Shown here in pieces: positions 46,942 to 58,857 of a DNA stretch of 64,000 nucleotides. A program made the translations under genes and the position numbers. The stretch covers positions 37,882,001 through 37,946,000 of the forward strand of contig OX597834.1 in the NCBI GenBank assembly GCA_951406725.2, written 5' to 3'. Every line of letters starts with the position of its first letter. Within the stretch, counting starts at the first letter, position 1. Source of the DNA: Octopus vulgaris (Eukaryota). The notes below the pieces were generated by a model. The model did not search any database. It had not been told where the DNA came from and worked only from the letters and a program-made list of their open reading frames with translations.

Positions 46942-47048
<107 letters not shown>

Positions 47049-47064
47049 GCACACATACATGTAC

Positions 47065-47097
<33 letters not shown>

Positions 47098-47182
47098 TAA
47101 GTTAGTAAGTGTGTGTGTGTGTGTAGGTGTGTACATGCCGTTTGATGTAAAGAAAATTGAAAACAACAAACACAAAAATACG

Positions 47183-47234
<52 letters not shown>

Positions 47235-47954
47235 CGAATGTATATAAATATAACTGTGCTCGCGTGTGCGTGCTCGCGTGTGTGTATGTGTGCGTGTGCG
47301 TGTGTGTGTGTGTGTGTTGCGTTTGTGCGTGCGCGTGCGCAAGTGCTCGTATGTAATTACGGTTAGATAAACTTAGATAAACAAACGCACGCACCGATCA
47401 ACAGACAAACAGACAAACAGACAGACAGACAGGCGGTAGAAAACAACGGACCGACCGACAGACGAACAGACGAACGGACGGACAGATAAACGCGCAGGCT
47501 GTCAGTCGGACACAAGTCGGGTTTTTGGCTTCGTTCTTGGAACAGAACTTTTGGACAAATTAACAACTGTTGGTAAGTGATTTGCATGTCTAGTACCGAA
47601 TTCTATCCACTTGCCGGGGTGTGGCGCTTGTGAACTGGGTGGAGTACCTACCTGCTACAATGGGTTCAAATGACACACGATTCTCGCGGTATTAACTCCC
47701 ATTTATATATTTTCTTACACACGTGTTAATACACACACACACATATACACTCACACATACACACATACACACACAAACAATTAAGAGTGTATGTGCGTTT
47801 GTTTGTGTTTGTGCGTGTGTGTTTGTATATATGTGAGTGTAAAGAAATTATTGTTAATAACGCATCAGTACTAACAGTTTCATGTTTGGATCTATATATA
47901 ACTCAGACAATCTTCGGACGATTTGAGACTTACACAATCATCAGTAAAGACACC

Positions 47955-48161
47955 TTTTTTTCGTTGTGTTAATTGTCCTGTACTCCATTTTTTGTTGTTT
48001 TAAAAAAATGTCCAGTTCCTTTGGTTTGTGTCTATGTTTTCGTTTCTCTTTGTGTTCGACGTCCCTTTGGTGTCCTGTACTCATATATGCGTGTATATGT
48101 ACATGTAGAGGTAGGTACGTACATATATGTTTATATATATGCATATGTTTTATTTCATTTA

Positions 48162-48165
<4 letters not shown>
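47955..48165 (+). mobile_element. Same repeat family (copy 3, 5'-truncated just downstream of the HHR block)
   Basis: Reverse complement of about 56150-56352, ending in (TA)n. Confidence 0.75.
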
Positions 48166-48215
<50 letters not shown>

Positions 48216-48700
48216 ACCTTCGATGAAAGAATGCCTATACATATCATTCGATGGAAAGAACTAGTCTTACAATACCAGAAATTTATCTTATTTGAACTGT
48301 TACGGAAAAAACATGAAACTACTAATAACAATGTTTTCATTTGTCCACTGATTCCGTTTTTAAATATATACACACATACACTCAAACCCATTTATACACA
48401 CGCACCAACAACTGCTACATGCATTCATACATGCAAACATACATAAGCACCTACATTCTGTGTATACGTATATGTGGTCTTAATATTCGCTTCTAGATGT
48501 AGACGTCGTTTCCATGGTTTCTCTAACTTCTTACATTTGGTAACAGAAATTTCTTCAATGCTGTGTACTTTCTGTTTTCCATAAATTGATAACTGCATCA
48601 TCATGTAATTCAATCTTTGTTTTAAGGATACAGCTTTATCCATCTAGATATATCTGTCTATCTAACTAACAACTGTCTAATTATATATCTATATATATGT

Positions 48701-49068
48701 GGAGGCGCAATGGCCCAGTGGTTAGGGCAGCGGACTCGCGGTCGTAGGATCGCGGTTTCGATTCTCAGACCGGGCGTTGTGAGTGTTTATTGAGTGAAAA
48801 CACCTAAAAGCTCCACGAGGCTCCGGCAGGGATGGTGGTGATCACTGCTGTACTCTTTCACCACAACTCTCTCCCTCTCTCTTACTTCCTGTTTCTGTTG
48901 TACCTGTATTTCAAAGGGCCGGCCTTGTCACTCTCTGTGTCACGCTGAACTACGTTAAGGATACACGTGTCTGTGGAGTGCTCAGCCACTTACACGTTAA
49001 TTTCACGAGCAGGCTGTTCCGTTGATCGGATCAAACGGAACCCTCGTCGTCGGAACCGACAGAGTGCT
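48701..49068 (+). mobile_element. SINE with family D head and an alternative tail
   Basis: The first ~180 bp closely match 8509-8695, and the tail matches the reverse complement of 14281-14390. Confidence 0.85.
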
Positions 49069-49071
49069 TCA

Positions 49072-49102
<31 letters not shown>

Positions 49103-49104
<2 letters not shown>

Positions 49105-49299
49105 ATGTGACCGCGTGTGTATCGTTGGCGATTTTTTCCTCCGTCTTCTCTTCCTTGGATCTTTCCTTTCCTATGTTTCTGACGAATAGCTCAGCTCGAA
49201 ACGTGAAATCCTCCTTCTTTCTTTCCTTTCCTGAGCGTCCAATAACACTATACTTCTTCCACGTTCTCGTGTTTTCTCTTTGTGTTTTCACATTTGGAT

Positions 49300-49303
<4 letters not shown>
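49103..49303 (+). mobile_element. About 200-bp element carrying a minimal HHR
   Basis: Flanked on both sides by (TA)n and related to 42655-42850. Confidence 0.6.
49175..49209 (+). ncRNA. Degenerate minimal type I hammerhead motif
   Basis: GUUU CUGACGA A UAGC uca GCUC GAAA C GUG AAAU. A mismatch at the base of helix II and a GUG triplet suggest an inactive copy. Confidence 0.55.
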
Positions 49304-49338
<35 letters not shown>

Positions 49339-50333
49339 CATGTCTACAGGAAATGTGGATCCGAGAAATACGAGCAGCCTTCTACTTTTTCTGTCAGAAA
49401 TGATTATTCAACCCAATATTTCAACGTTTTTTTTTCATAACATTATATTCCGAAAAAATTATTTCTCGTTCCCTCGAAAGTTATATAATTTTTATAACGT
49501 CAAGATTATATACATGTGTGTATGTGTGTGTGTGTGTCCGTGTGTTTGTGTGTATATGTACGTGTATATGCATTTGTGTTTATGTATGTGTAAGTATGCT
49601 TGTATGTATGTATATGTATATGTGTGAATGAATGTATGTATGTGTATGTATGTATATGTGTGTGTATGTATCTGTGTACGTATGTATTTGTATTAAGTGA
49701 GTGTATGTATATATATGTGTGTGTGTGTATGTATATATATATATGGAGGCAGGACATCGTTGCGTATTTAGCAGAACTGCACCTCGTGGCTGTATTGTGT
49801 TTCCGGTTTCGTTGAATTGTCACCCACTTCCGAAAAATGTCTTCTACCGTAGCCTCATTTTGATCAATACTTTGTGAATGAAACTAGTGAATGGGAAACT
49901 GTGCAGAAAGCTCATCAGGCATGTTTCATGGATGGTTGTGAAGATGCTCGTACGTGTGTCTATCAGCATGGAATTAAAACCGGTACATCCAAACAGAAAT
50001 AGTGTACTGCATTTCTATTTGACTGAGTTATCTTCTCTTTCTTACCACAATTTCTGTTAGTTTCCGCTTCATATAGGCAACGTTGCTCTGTGATTAATAG
50101 ATTTTATTCATATCTTAAAAACAGTTCCCCTCATTGCTACTGTACAATGTTGGAAGCCAGTTAAACACGATAATGCACACAAACACACACACACACAACG
50201 CATATATTTCTGTGATTGTCATACATAACTACATACATAAATGCATACGTATATATACATATATACATACAACTACATATATGTGTGTGTGTGTGTGTAT
50301 GTATGTGTATATACATATATATGTAAAAATTGT

Positions 50334-50707
50334 AGGTGCAGGAGTTAGCTGTGTGATAAGTAGCTTATTTACCAACCACATGGTTCCGGGTTTAGTCGCA
50401 CAAGCGTAGAACCTTGGGCAAGTGTCTTCTACTATAGCCTCGAGCCGACCAAAGCCTTGTGAGTGGATTTGGTAGACGGAAACTGAAAGAAGCCCGTCGT
50501 ATGTGTGTGTGTGTGTCTGTCTGTGTTTGTTACTCCAGCATCGCTTGACAACCGATGCTGGTGTGTTTACGGTTCGGCAAAAGAGACTGATAGAATTAGT
50601 AATAGGCTTACAAAGAATAAGTCTTGGGAGGTCGATTTGTTCGACTAAAGGCAGTGCTCCAGCATGGCTGCAATCAAATGACTGAATCAAATAAAAGAAT
50701 AAAAGAA
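50334..50707 (+). mobile_element. SINE family A, full length
   Basis: Head, (TG)n and tail as in 2106-2552. Confidence 0.85.
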
Positions 50708-51425
50708 TATGCATATTTGTATATACGAATATATTTATATATATATACACATACATACATACATACATATATATATAAGTATATTTGTATATTTGCATAT
50801 ATATTTATACACATAATTTTTACATATGTATGCATACACATGTATATACATACATATATATATATGTGTGTGTGTGTGTGTGTATGTATGTGTGTATGAG
50901 TGAGTGCATGTGTGGGGGATGTGTGTGTGTTGTGTTTACGTGTGTGTGTGTGTGCGTGTGTGATGTGTGTGTGTGTTATTATATTAATAGTTGAATCTAA
51001 CTAGAGCTTGCTGAGTTCCTCTTCATCATTAATGGGGGAATTCATATCTTAATGATAATTAAAAATTTTAACTTCAAACGGCAATACACAAGACATGGCT
51101 TGGTGGAGGGTGGGGGTGGGACGTGACGCTGAGGTAGATTCGGGGGAAAAAAAACGTTTAAAAGAAACTACTCGCGAAAAGTCATATGACGTTTACATAA
51201 GGTCAGGAGAAAAATATAGCGAAATTTATATTTTTTTTCAAGTCAGAAATAAAAATCGTAAAAGATCATTAAAAATAAATCGAATGCATAAATAAAATTT
51301 TCAAAAAAAAACATAATGAAATACATAATCATAGATAATGAAAACTTCAATGGAGTAACAGATCTCATGCATAATATATCAATATTACTTACAAATATGG
51401 TTGCAAAGACATTTTATTCCTACAC

Positions 51426-51499
<74 letters not shown>

Positions 51500-51785
51500 T
51501 ATGTATGTGTTTATGTATAAAATATTCACTTGTGCATCGAGAAAAATATCTATTTTCAAATGTAAGTTTGAAGTATTGACAAAATTTAGAATATACTTCT
51601 AAACAAACCGCCAGGCAAGCAAAGCTATGCAATACGTGCGTATGTATGTACGTATCTATGTATGTACGTATCTATGTATGTACGCATGTATGTATGTATG
51701 ATTGTATTAATGTATGATTGTATTAATGTATGTGTGTATGTATGTATATATGTATGTATGTTTTTATAGATACATATAGCTATAC

Positions 51786-51830
<45 letters not shown>

Positions 51831-51900
51831 CAACAGCGCAAATTTCAATAAATATACACATATATGTATATATATATATATATTTATATATATGTATAAC

Positions 51901-51932
<32 letters not shown>

Positions 51933-52117
51933 AATATATATATATACATATATATTTATACATATATATAAATATATATATACATATATATGTATATATA
52001 TTTATATATATGTATAAATATATATATATATATATATGTATATACACACATGCATACATACATACATACATACATACAAACATGTGTATAAGTATGTATG
52101 CATGAACGCTTGTTTGT

Positions 52118-52154
<37 letters not shown>

Positions 52155-52532
52155 GTGCGTATGTGTGCATGTGTGTGCGTGTGTGTGCGCGCGTGTTTGA
52201 AAGATTTCATGTTCTAAGCTGGAATGTGTCTTTCATCAGATATCTGCTCAATCATGGCTGATCTGGGGTTAAACAAGAAAAACAGCCACTCACAATAGAC
52301 AACTGATAAGATATCTACAATTGATACGCATATCTTGCAGCTGCGCATTTAGCGACGGTTGGTCACATGACTAAGTCTTACTCGACAAATATTGTGGAAC
52401 ATGGAGTAGTCGTCGATATTATATCAGAAATTCAGATCTATCTGATCCCATAAGCCTTTTGAAAATAATTGCAAAATTGTATTTGACAAAAGCTCATTTG
52501 TATGTACCTATACATATATATATATATATATA

Positions 52533-52591
<59 letters not shown>

Positions 52592-52763
52592 TGTGTGTGT
52601 GTGTGTATACATATATATATGGGTGTGTGTGTGTGTGTGTATTTATATATATATATATAATATTATATATATGTATATATGTATGTATGTATATGCATAT
52701 ATACATATATGTATGTATATATATATGTATATATATATATATATATACATACATATATATATG

Positions 52764-52828
<65 letters not shown>

Positions 52829-52914
52829 ATATTAAACGTATATATGTTAACATATATCACTGACAATGATGTTCTTATATCTACATAAATATTCTTTTCT
52901 ACTCTAAACACAAC

Positions 52915-53291
52915 GCCCGAAAATTTGGGGGAGGGAACCAGTCGATTAGATCAACCACAGTACGCAACTGGTACTTAATTTATCGACCCCGAAAGGATGA
53001 AAGACAAAGTCGACCTGGGCGGAATTTGAACTCAGAACGTAGCGGCAGACGAAATACCTATTTCTCTACTACCTACAAGGGGCTAAACACAGAGGGGGCA
53101 AACAAGGACAGATAAACGGATTAAGTCGATTATATCAGCTCCAGTGCGTAACTGGTACTTATTTAATCGACCCCGAAAGGATGAAATGCAAAGTCGACCT
53201 CGGCGGAATTTGAACTCAGAACGTAGCGGCGGATGAAATACCGCTAAGCATTTCGCCCGGCGTGCTAACGTTTCTCCCAGCTCGCCGCCTT
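52915..53291 (-). mobile_element. Nested or tandem SINE family B copies
   Basis: Two B-box segments separated by the tail module. Confidence 0.8.
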
Positions 53292-53572
53292 GAATCTACT
53301 TAAATATTACGGCTTCTTCCGTGATTTCTTGCTGAACATCCGTGGAGATAATTTGTTTATATTAATCAAATGTATGTGTTACACACAACCGGACTCTTTC
53401 AATCAGGTCACTATTGCCTGAATATGTGCACAAGTGTGCAACAGGACAGATGTCGAAACGATTGCAGAGAGATGTAAAATGAAGTGTTTTGCTCAAATAA
53501 CACAACGCTTCGCTCCGTCTGGGAATAGAAACCATGACCTGGCCAATATGAGTACAACACCTTAATCACCAA

Positions 53573-53870
53573 GCCATGCTTTGGACTGTGGCCATGCTGG
53601 GGCACCGCCTTGAATAGTCTTAGGCGACCTCATCGACCCGAGTATGTCTGGTACATATTGTATCGCTCTCTTTAGTGGAATCGATTAGTTACAGGAACGT
53701 AAACAAACCAAAGCCGAATGTCAAACGATAGTGTGGTACAGACGCAAACACAAACACACACACACACACACACGTACACATACGCATATACGACGGGCTT
53801 CATTCAGTTTCCACCTACCATATCAACTCACAAAGCTTTGGTCGGCCCGAGGCTATTGTAGAAGTAGCTT
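53573..53870 (-). mobile_element. SINE family A, diverged and partial
   Basis: Tail and central segments match family A. Confidence 0.65.
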
Positions 53871-55059
53871 GACCAATGACAAACGCGCACGCACACACAC
53901 ACACACACACAACCACATAACACACACAAATACGCAACACTGTGGTGGTACTTTTGGTGTTGCGAATGGTGTTTGTGATGATGATGATGATGATGATAAT
54001 CATGATGATATGGAAGACGACGACAACGATGATAGTGGTCATCGTGATGGTGGTGGTGGTGGTGGCTGTGTTGGTGGTGGTGACTACAATGATGTCCATA
54101 ACGAATGATGTAGTGTTGGTGGAGGAAATAATGGTGGTAGTTGCGGTGGCTGTAGAAGTCGTAGTAGTAGTAGTAGTAGTACTAGTTGTAGTGATAGTGG
54201 CAGTGGTGTTGGTGGTGATGTTGGTGTTGGTGTTGTTGTTGTTGGCAGTAGTAGTGGTAGTGGTAGCAGTGGTGGAGATGGTAATGATAAATATCCTCAA
54301 CTGTTGTTCCTATTATTCAATAAGGTTGTGAAGGTTCACCTTGAAAGGGTCTGCCAACCAACAAACCAACATGCCAACAAGGCAACAAGTTAACCAGACT
54401 CTACCCACCCACCCCACTCTCTCTCTCCTTACCTCAATCTTTTCTCCTTTCTTTCCTTCTTTCCTCCTTTCCTTCCTTCTTCCTCACTATCTGATATAAA
54501 ATACCTTCCCCCTTCTTTCGGCAACATTCTTCAAATATCGAGTGTTTCTCTGGAGAGATTCTTCAACTGTTATTTTTAACAACCAGTTTGTTTTTTTTTC
54601 AAATAAAAACCTCGCTCTTTCCTCATTTGCATCATTTCTTCTTCCTTGAGTTTTCGCTTGCTTGGCTGTCTTTTATGTTTGTTTTTGTGAGTTTTTTTCC
54701 CTTTTTTCTTTTATATTTCTCGTCTCATTCTTTATTAATTTTTCCTTTACTTTCTTTCTTTCTTTCTTTCGCTTTATTCTCTCACCTCTTTTACTACAAC
54801 TTTACAACTACTACTGCAACAACATTTTATACTACTACTACTACTACTACTAGTGCTACTGATACTGCTGCTGCTGCTGCTAATTGTTTAACTTTCTTGC
54901 CTTCATTTTTAACTTTCACACCTCACCTTGCTATCCTGTTCTTCTCTATAACTCTACGTGCAAATACAAACACACAAACACACACAGACACACACATACG
55001 CATAGCGAGAGTCAGCAAGACTGACAGACAGACAGATACAGAGATAGGTAGACAGACCA

Positions 55060-55274
<215 letters not shown>

Positions 55275-56149
55275 TCTGTGTGTGTGTATATATATATATA
55301 ATGCACATACATACACACACACACACACAAACAAAACCACGCACACTCGCAGACGAGTGTGATGCATACGAAGGACACGATGCATCCTCGCACACGAAGG
55401 ATGTGATGCATATACACCATTTCTCATAATCTATATCATTTTTCACCTTTAATATCCCTCCTCACCTCTCCACCTCCACATCTCCACTTCTAACTGACTC
55501 CCTCCCGTCCCTCCCTCATTTACTTTTTCTGTTCCTTTCTGGGCCCCGTCCCCAGCCTCCACCACCCGCCCCCCGCCGCAGCCGTCAAATATGCCCTACC
55601 CCACCCCTTTATCTCTCCTCCTTACTTCCTCTCCCCTTGTTTCTCTTCTGGATCAGTTCCTTTCCCCCCGTCTAATTTCTCAACCATATCCCACTACTAA
55701 CAGTACATATACCCAACACACACACACAAACACACACACACACACACACACATACACACACGCACATACACACGCACACACAAACACGCGGTCACGTGCA
55801 CACACTCACACACCGACAGTGGCGCACGCAAACATTTATTTGCGTGAATGCGTGTGAAGGTAACATATGCGAGTGTGTGTGTATGTATGTATATTTATAT
55901 ATGTAGATATTTAATTAATTCATTAATAAGTACACTTTTGGGATGGTGGGGGAAGGCTGGTTTGCAATATACTGTAAGGTATATCTTCTTTTAATAAACA
56001 TATGAATTTTAGACTTCGCTGTATATAAGGTATATATATATATACTTTGATACTTTGATAGGTTTCGGCCATTATTGGCCCAGGCCATGTCTAACTTAAT
56101 AGCACCATATATATTATTTTGTTATATATATATATATATATATATATAA

Positions 56150-56750
56150 CAAAATAATAAATAAAACATATGCATATATACATACATATATGTACGTACC
56201 CACATCTATATGTATATATACATGCATATATAGGTACAGGACACCAAAAAAACGTCGAACACAATGAGAAACGAAAACATAAACACAAAACCAAGGAAAT
56301 GGACATTTTTCTTAAACAACGAAAAAATAGAGAACAAGACATACAACACAAGGAACATTCCCCTTCTTCAGCCGCCTCTGTTTTATCTACTCCACGTTTC
56401 GAAGGTAAAGGCGAGACACGACTTTGGTGAAACAGTCCTTCCCGCAAAAGCAAATTAAATAAAATTTGAGATTTTTTTGCGGAGGAGTAAAAATGGTAAC
56501 AAAAACAGGACAGTAAAAACAATACAATATATAAACAGTAAAAGACAGGACAAGGAGAATAACGGTAACACGAACATTGAGGGCGGTTAAGCCAGACCGA
56601 ATGAAAAAATATTTTGAACGCTTTGATAACGGCGACAGAGACAGGGAAAGCCGTCAACACTTGAAGGAAGCCGGGTCAGAAAGACAGTAGTGGCCTTCTT
56701 GTCGCGTGTCAGCGACGGGAGGGAGGAGGTACTCCTCCTCCTCCTTGGTA
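56150..56750 (-). mobile_element. Same repeat family (copy 2, longer)
   Basis: Shares ATGCATATA..GTACGTACC..CAGGAC..AAACGAAAAC..CATTTTT..AAACAACGAAAAA..CAAGACA and the HHR block with copy 1. The upper boundary is approximate. Confidence 0.75.
56360..56435 (-). ncRNA. Candidate hammerhead ribozyme with C-B-A strand order, copy 2
   Basis: Minus strand reads CUGUUU caccaaagu CGUGUC^UCGCCU uua CCUUC GAAA CGUG gaguagaua AAACAG AGGCGG CUGAAGA A GGGG. Helix I AGGCGG/UCGCCU covaries with copy 1. Confidence 0.65.
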
Positions 56751-56874
56751 CATCATCAAATTTCTCTTAATTTTACGGTTTGATATACAGCATAATTTGT
56801 GGGGTAAATTGACCTGGTAACTACCTGGATAATTTGTCCCTTTAAACTCATCGCGCGAGCGTGCGTGTTGTGTG

Positions 56875-57066
56875 TGTGTGTGTCCCCTCCAACATCGCTT
56901 GACAACCGATGTTGGTGTGTTTACGTCCCCGTAACTTAGCGGTTCGACAAAAGAGGCCGACAGAATAAGTACTAGGCTTACAAAGAATAAGTCCTGGAGT
57001 CGATTTGCTCGACTAAAAACGGTGCTCCAGCATGGCTGCAGTCAAATGACTGAAACAAGTAAAAGA

Positions 57067-57068
<2 letters not shown>
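56875..57068 (+). mobile_element. SINE family A, 3' half
   Basis: CATCGCTTGACAACCGATG..ATGACTGAAACAAGTAAAAGAG. Confidence 0.8.
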
Positions 57069-57107
<39 letters not shown>

Positions 57108-57112
<5 letters not shown>

Positions 57113-57305
57113 AGTGAAAAAACTACAGAAGGCTTGTTTTATAAGGTTAAAGAATATATTTGAGTCATTATGTCAGAAGAATGTTATAAAATTTTATCAT
57201 ACAGTAACATAGATGAAAAAATTTTATAACATTCTTCTAACATAATGACTCAAATATATTCTTTAACCTTATAAAACAAGCCTTCTGTAGTTTTTTCACT
57301 CTTTA
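57108..57305. repeat. Long near-perfect inverted repeat (arms about 93 bp, spacer about 12 bp)
   Basis: TAAAGAGTGAAAAAACTACAGAAGG..TTTTATCAT / ATGAAAAAATTTT..CCTTCTGTAGTTTTTTCACTCTTTA. Confidence 0.95.
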
Positions 57306-58113
57306 CTATTTTCTATATTTCCAACCACGTGCTTTCACACACCAACTTTCTTACCTATATATATATATACCTGTACTCTTGTAAAAGGTTGTATCTTTCT
57401 CAGTCTGTTCTTACTATAAGAAAAAAGGTTACCTTATTCACCCAATTATCTGCTGTAGGCCAACAGTAATAATACCAAACCATTTGTATCGTACCTGTAT
57501 CCTCCTTCTCATTATCTCTCTCTCTTTAACACCTATCTCCTCTCTCTCTCTCCTCCCCTCTCTTAATCGGTCACTTTCAAACTCCGTGTCCCTTATTGCC
57601 CGCCAGTTTCACGATGTTGTAACGAGTTACGTACAACGTCATTGCCAGATATATGAAATGCGTAACTGTTCAAGTGCAAACAACGTTCAGCAACTGGTAG
57701 CTGTTGTTTATTTATAACCGGGGTGCCGTACCTGCGTCTGTTGATTTTTGTGAGTGTTGTATTATTAATAATGTTGCCTTTGCTAAAGTTGAAGATTTAT
57801 TTATTTAGTTATCAGCATCATCATCATCCTCATCATCATCATCATCATCATTATTATTAGAATACTATCTAGCGTTGTTGTGCGTTTGCAGCTAATGATT
57901 TACCATCAAGTGCTTTTATCTATTTTAATTGTAACGTGTTGCAATGACTTCTTGTAGCAAATGTATGCTAATATTTCATACAAACATATATACATCTACA
58001 TGCATACATAAGTATACACAGATGCACACACACACACAATCACAAACATATATATATATATATATATATACATATATTTGAATATATATATTTGTATATA
58101 TATATATGTGTAT

Positions 58114-58148
<35 letters not shown>

Positions 58149-58159
58149 GTATATATATA

Positions 58160-58246
<87 letters not shown>

Positions 58247-58511
58247 ATATGCATATATATATATATATATATCGGAAGGTTTGGAGATGATGTACAGGTA
58301 TTATATATTAGAAAAATTGAGGTAATCAGATCAGATGGTTCATATTTGTAGATATTTATTTATATATTACATTTTTTACATATATATCATATCATTTGGA
58401 TTAGCGCTTGCTCCCATTCTAGTGGGTTTTCAAATCAAATCAGTTGTGGGTAGTTTGAACCTTTTTATAGTTTCGTAGTAGTGGGTGAGGAGGAAGTGAG
58501 ACAGAGAGAAA

Positions 58512-58599
<88 letters not shown>

Positions 58600-58603
<4 letters not shown>

Positions 58604-58818
58604 ATTTATATCTGAGAGTGAAGAAGTGTTATTTCCGTTGGTCTGCTGGACCCCCTGTGGTTTTATAAGAACTTTGGCTGTCCATTTCAATGTCACTGAG
58701 TGTGTGTTGTGCATAGGTTGGCCTGGCAAATGTCATTTGGGGTCACACTTTCTATGATCATTCTGTGGAGGTGTGTGTGTGTGTGTGTCTCTGTGTGTCT
58801 GTGTGTGTTTTTGTGTGT

Positions 58819-58857
<39 letters not shown>

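Noticed and set aside
52200-52250. Minus-strand CTGATGA..GAAA
   Set aside because: The helices do not form; it appears to be part of an unrelated dispersed repeat.
56055-56090. Minus-strand GGCCA-ATAA-TGGCC-GAAAC hairpin resembling HHR helix II
   Set aside because: The CUGANGA core is reduced to CUG and helices I and III are unsupported; at most a relic.
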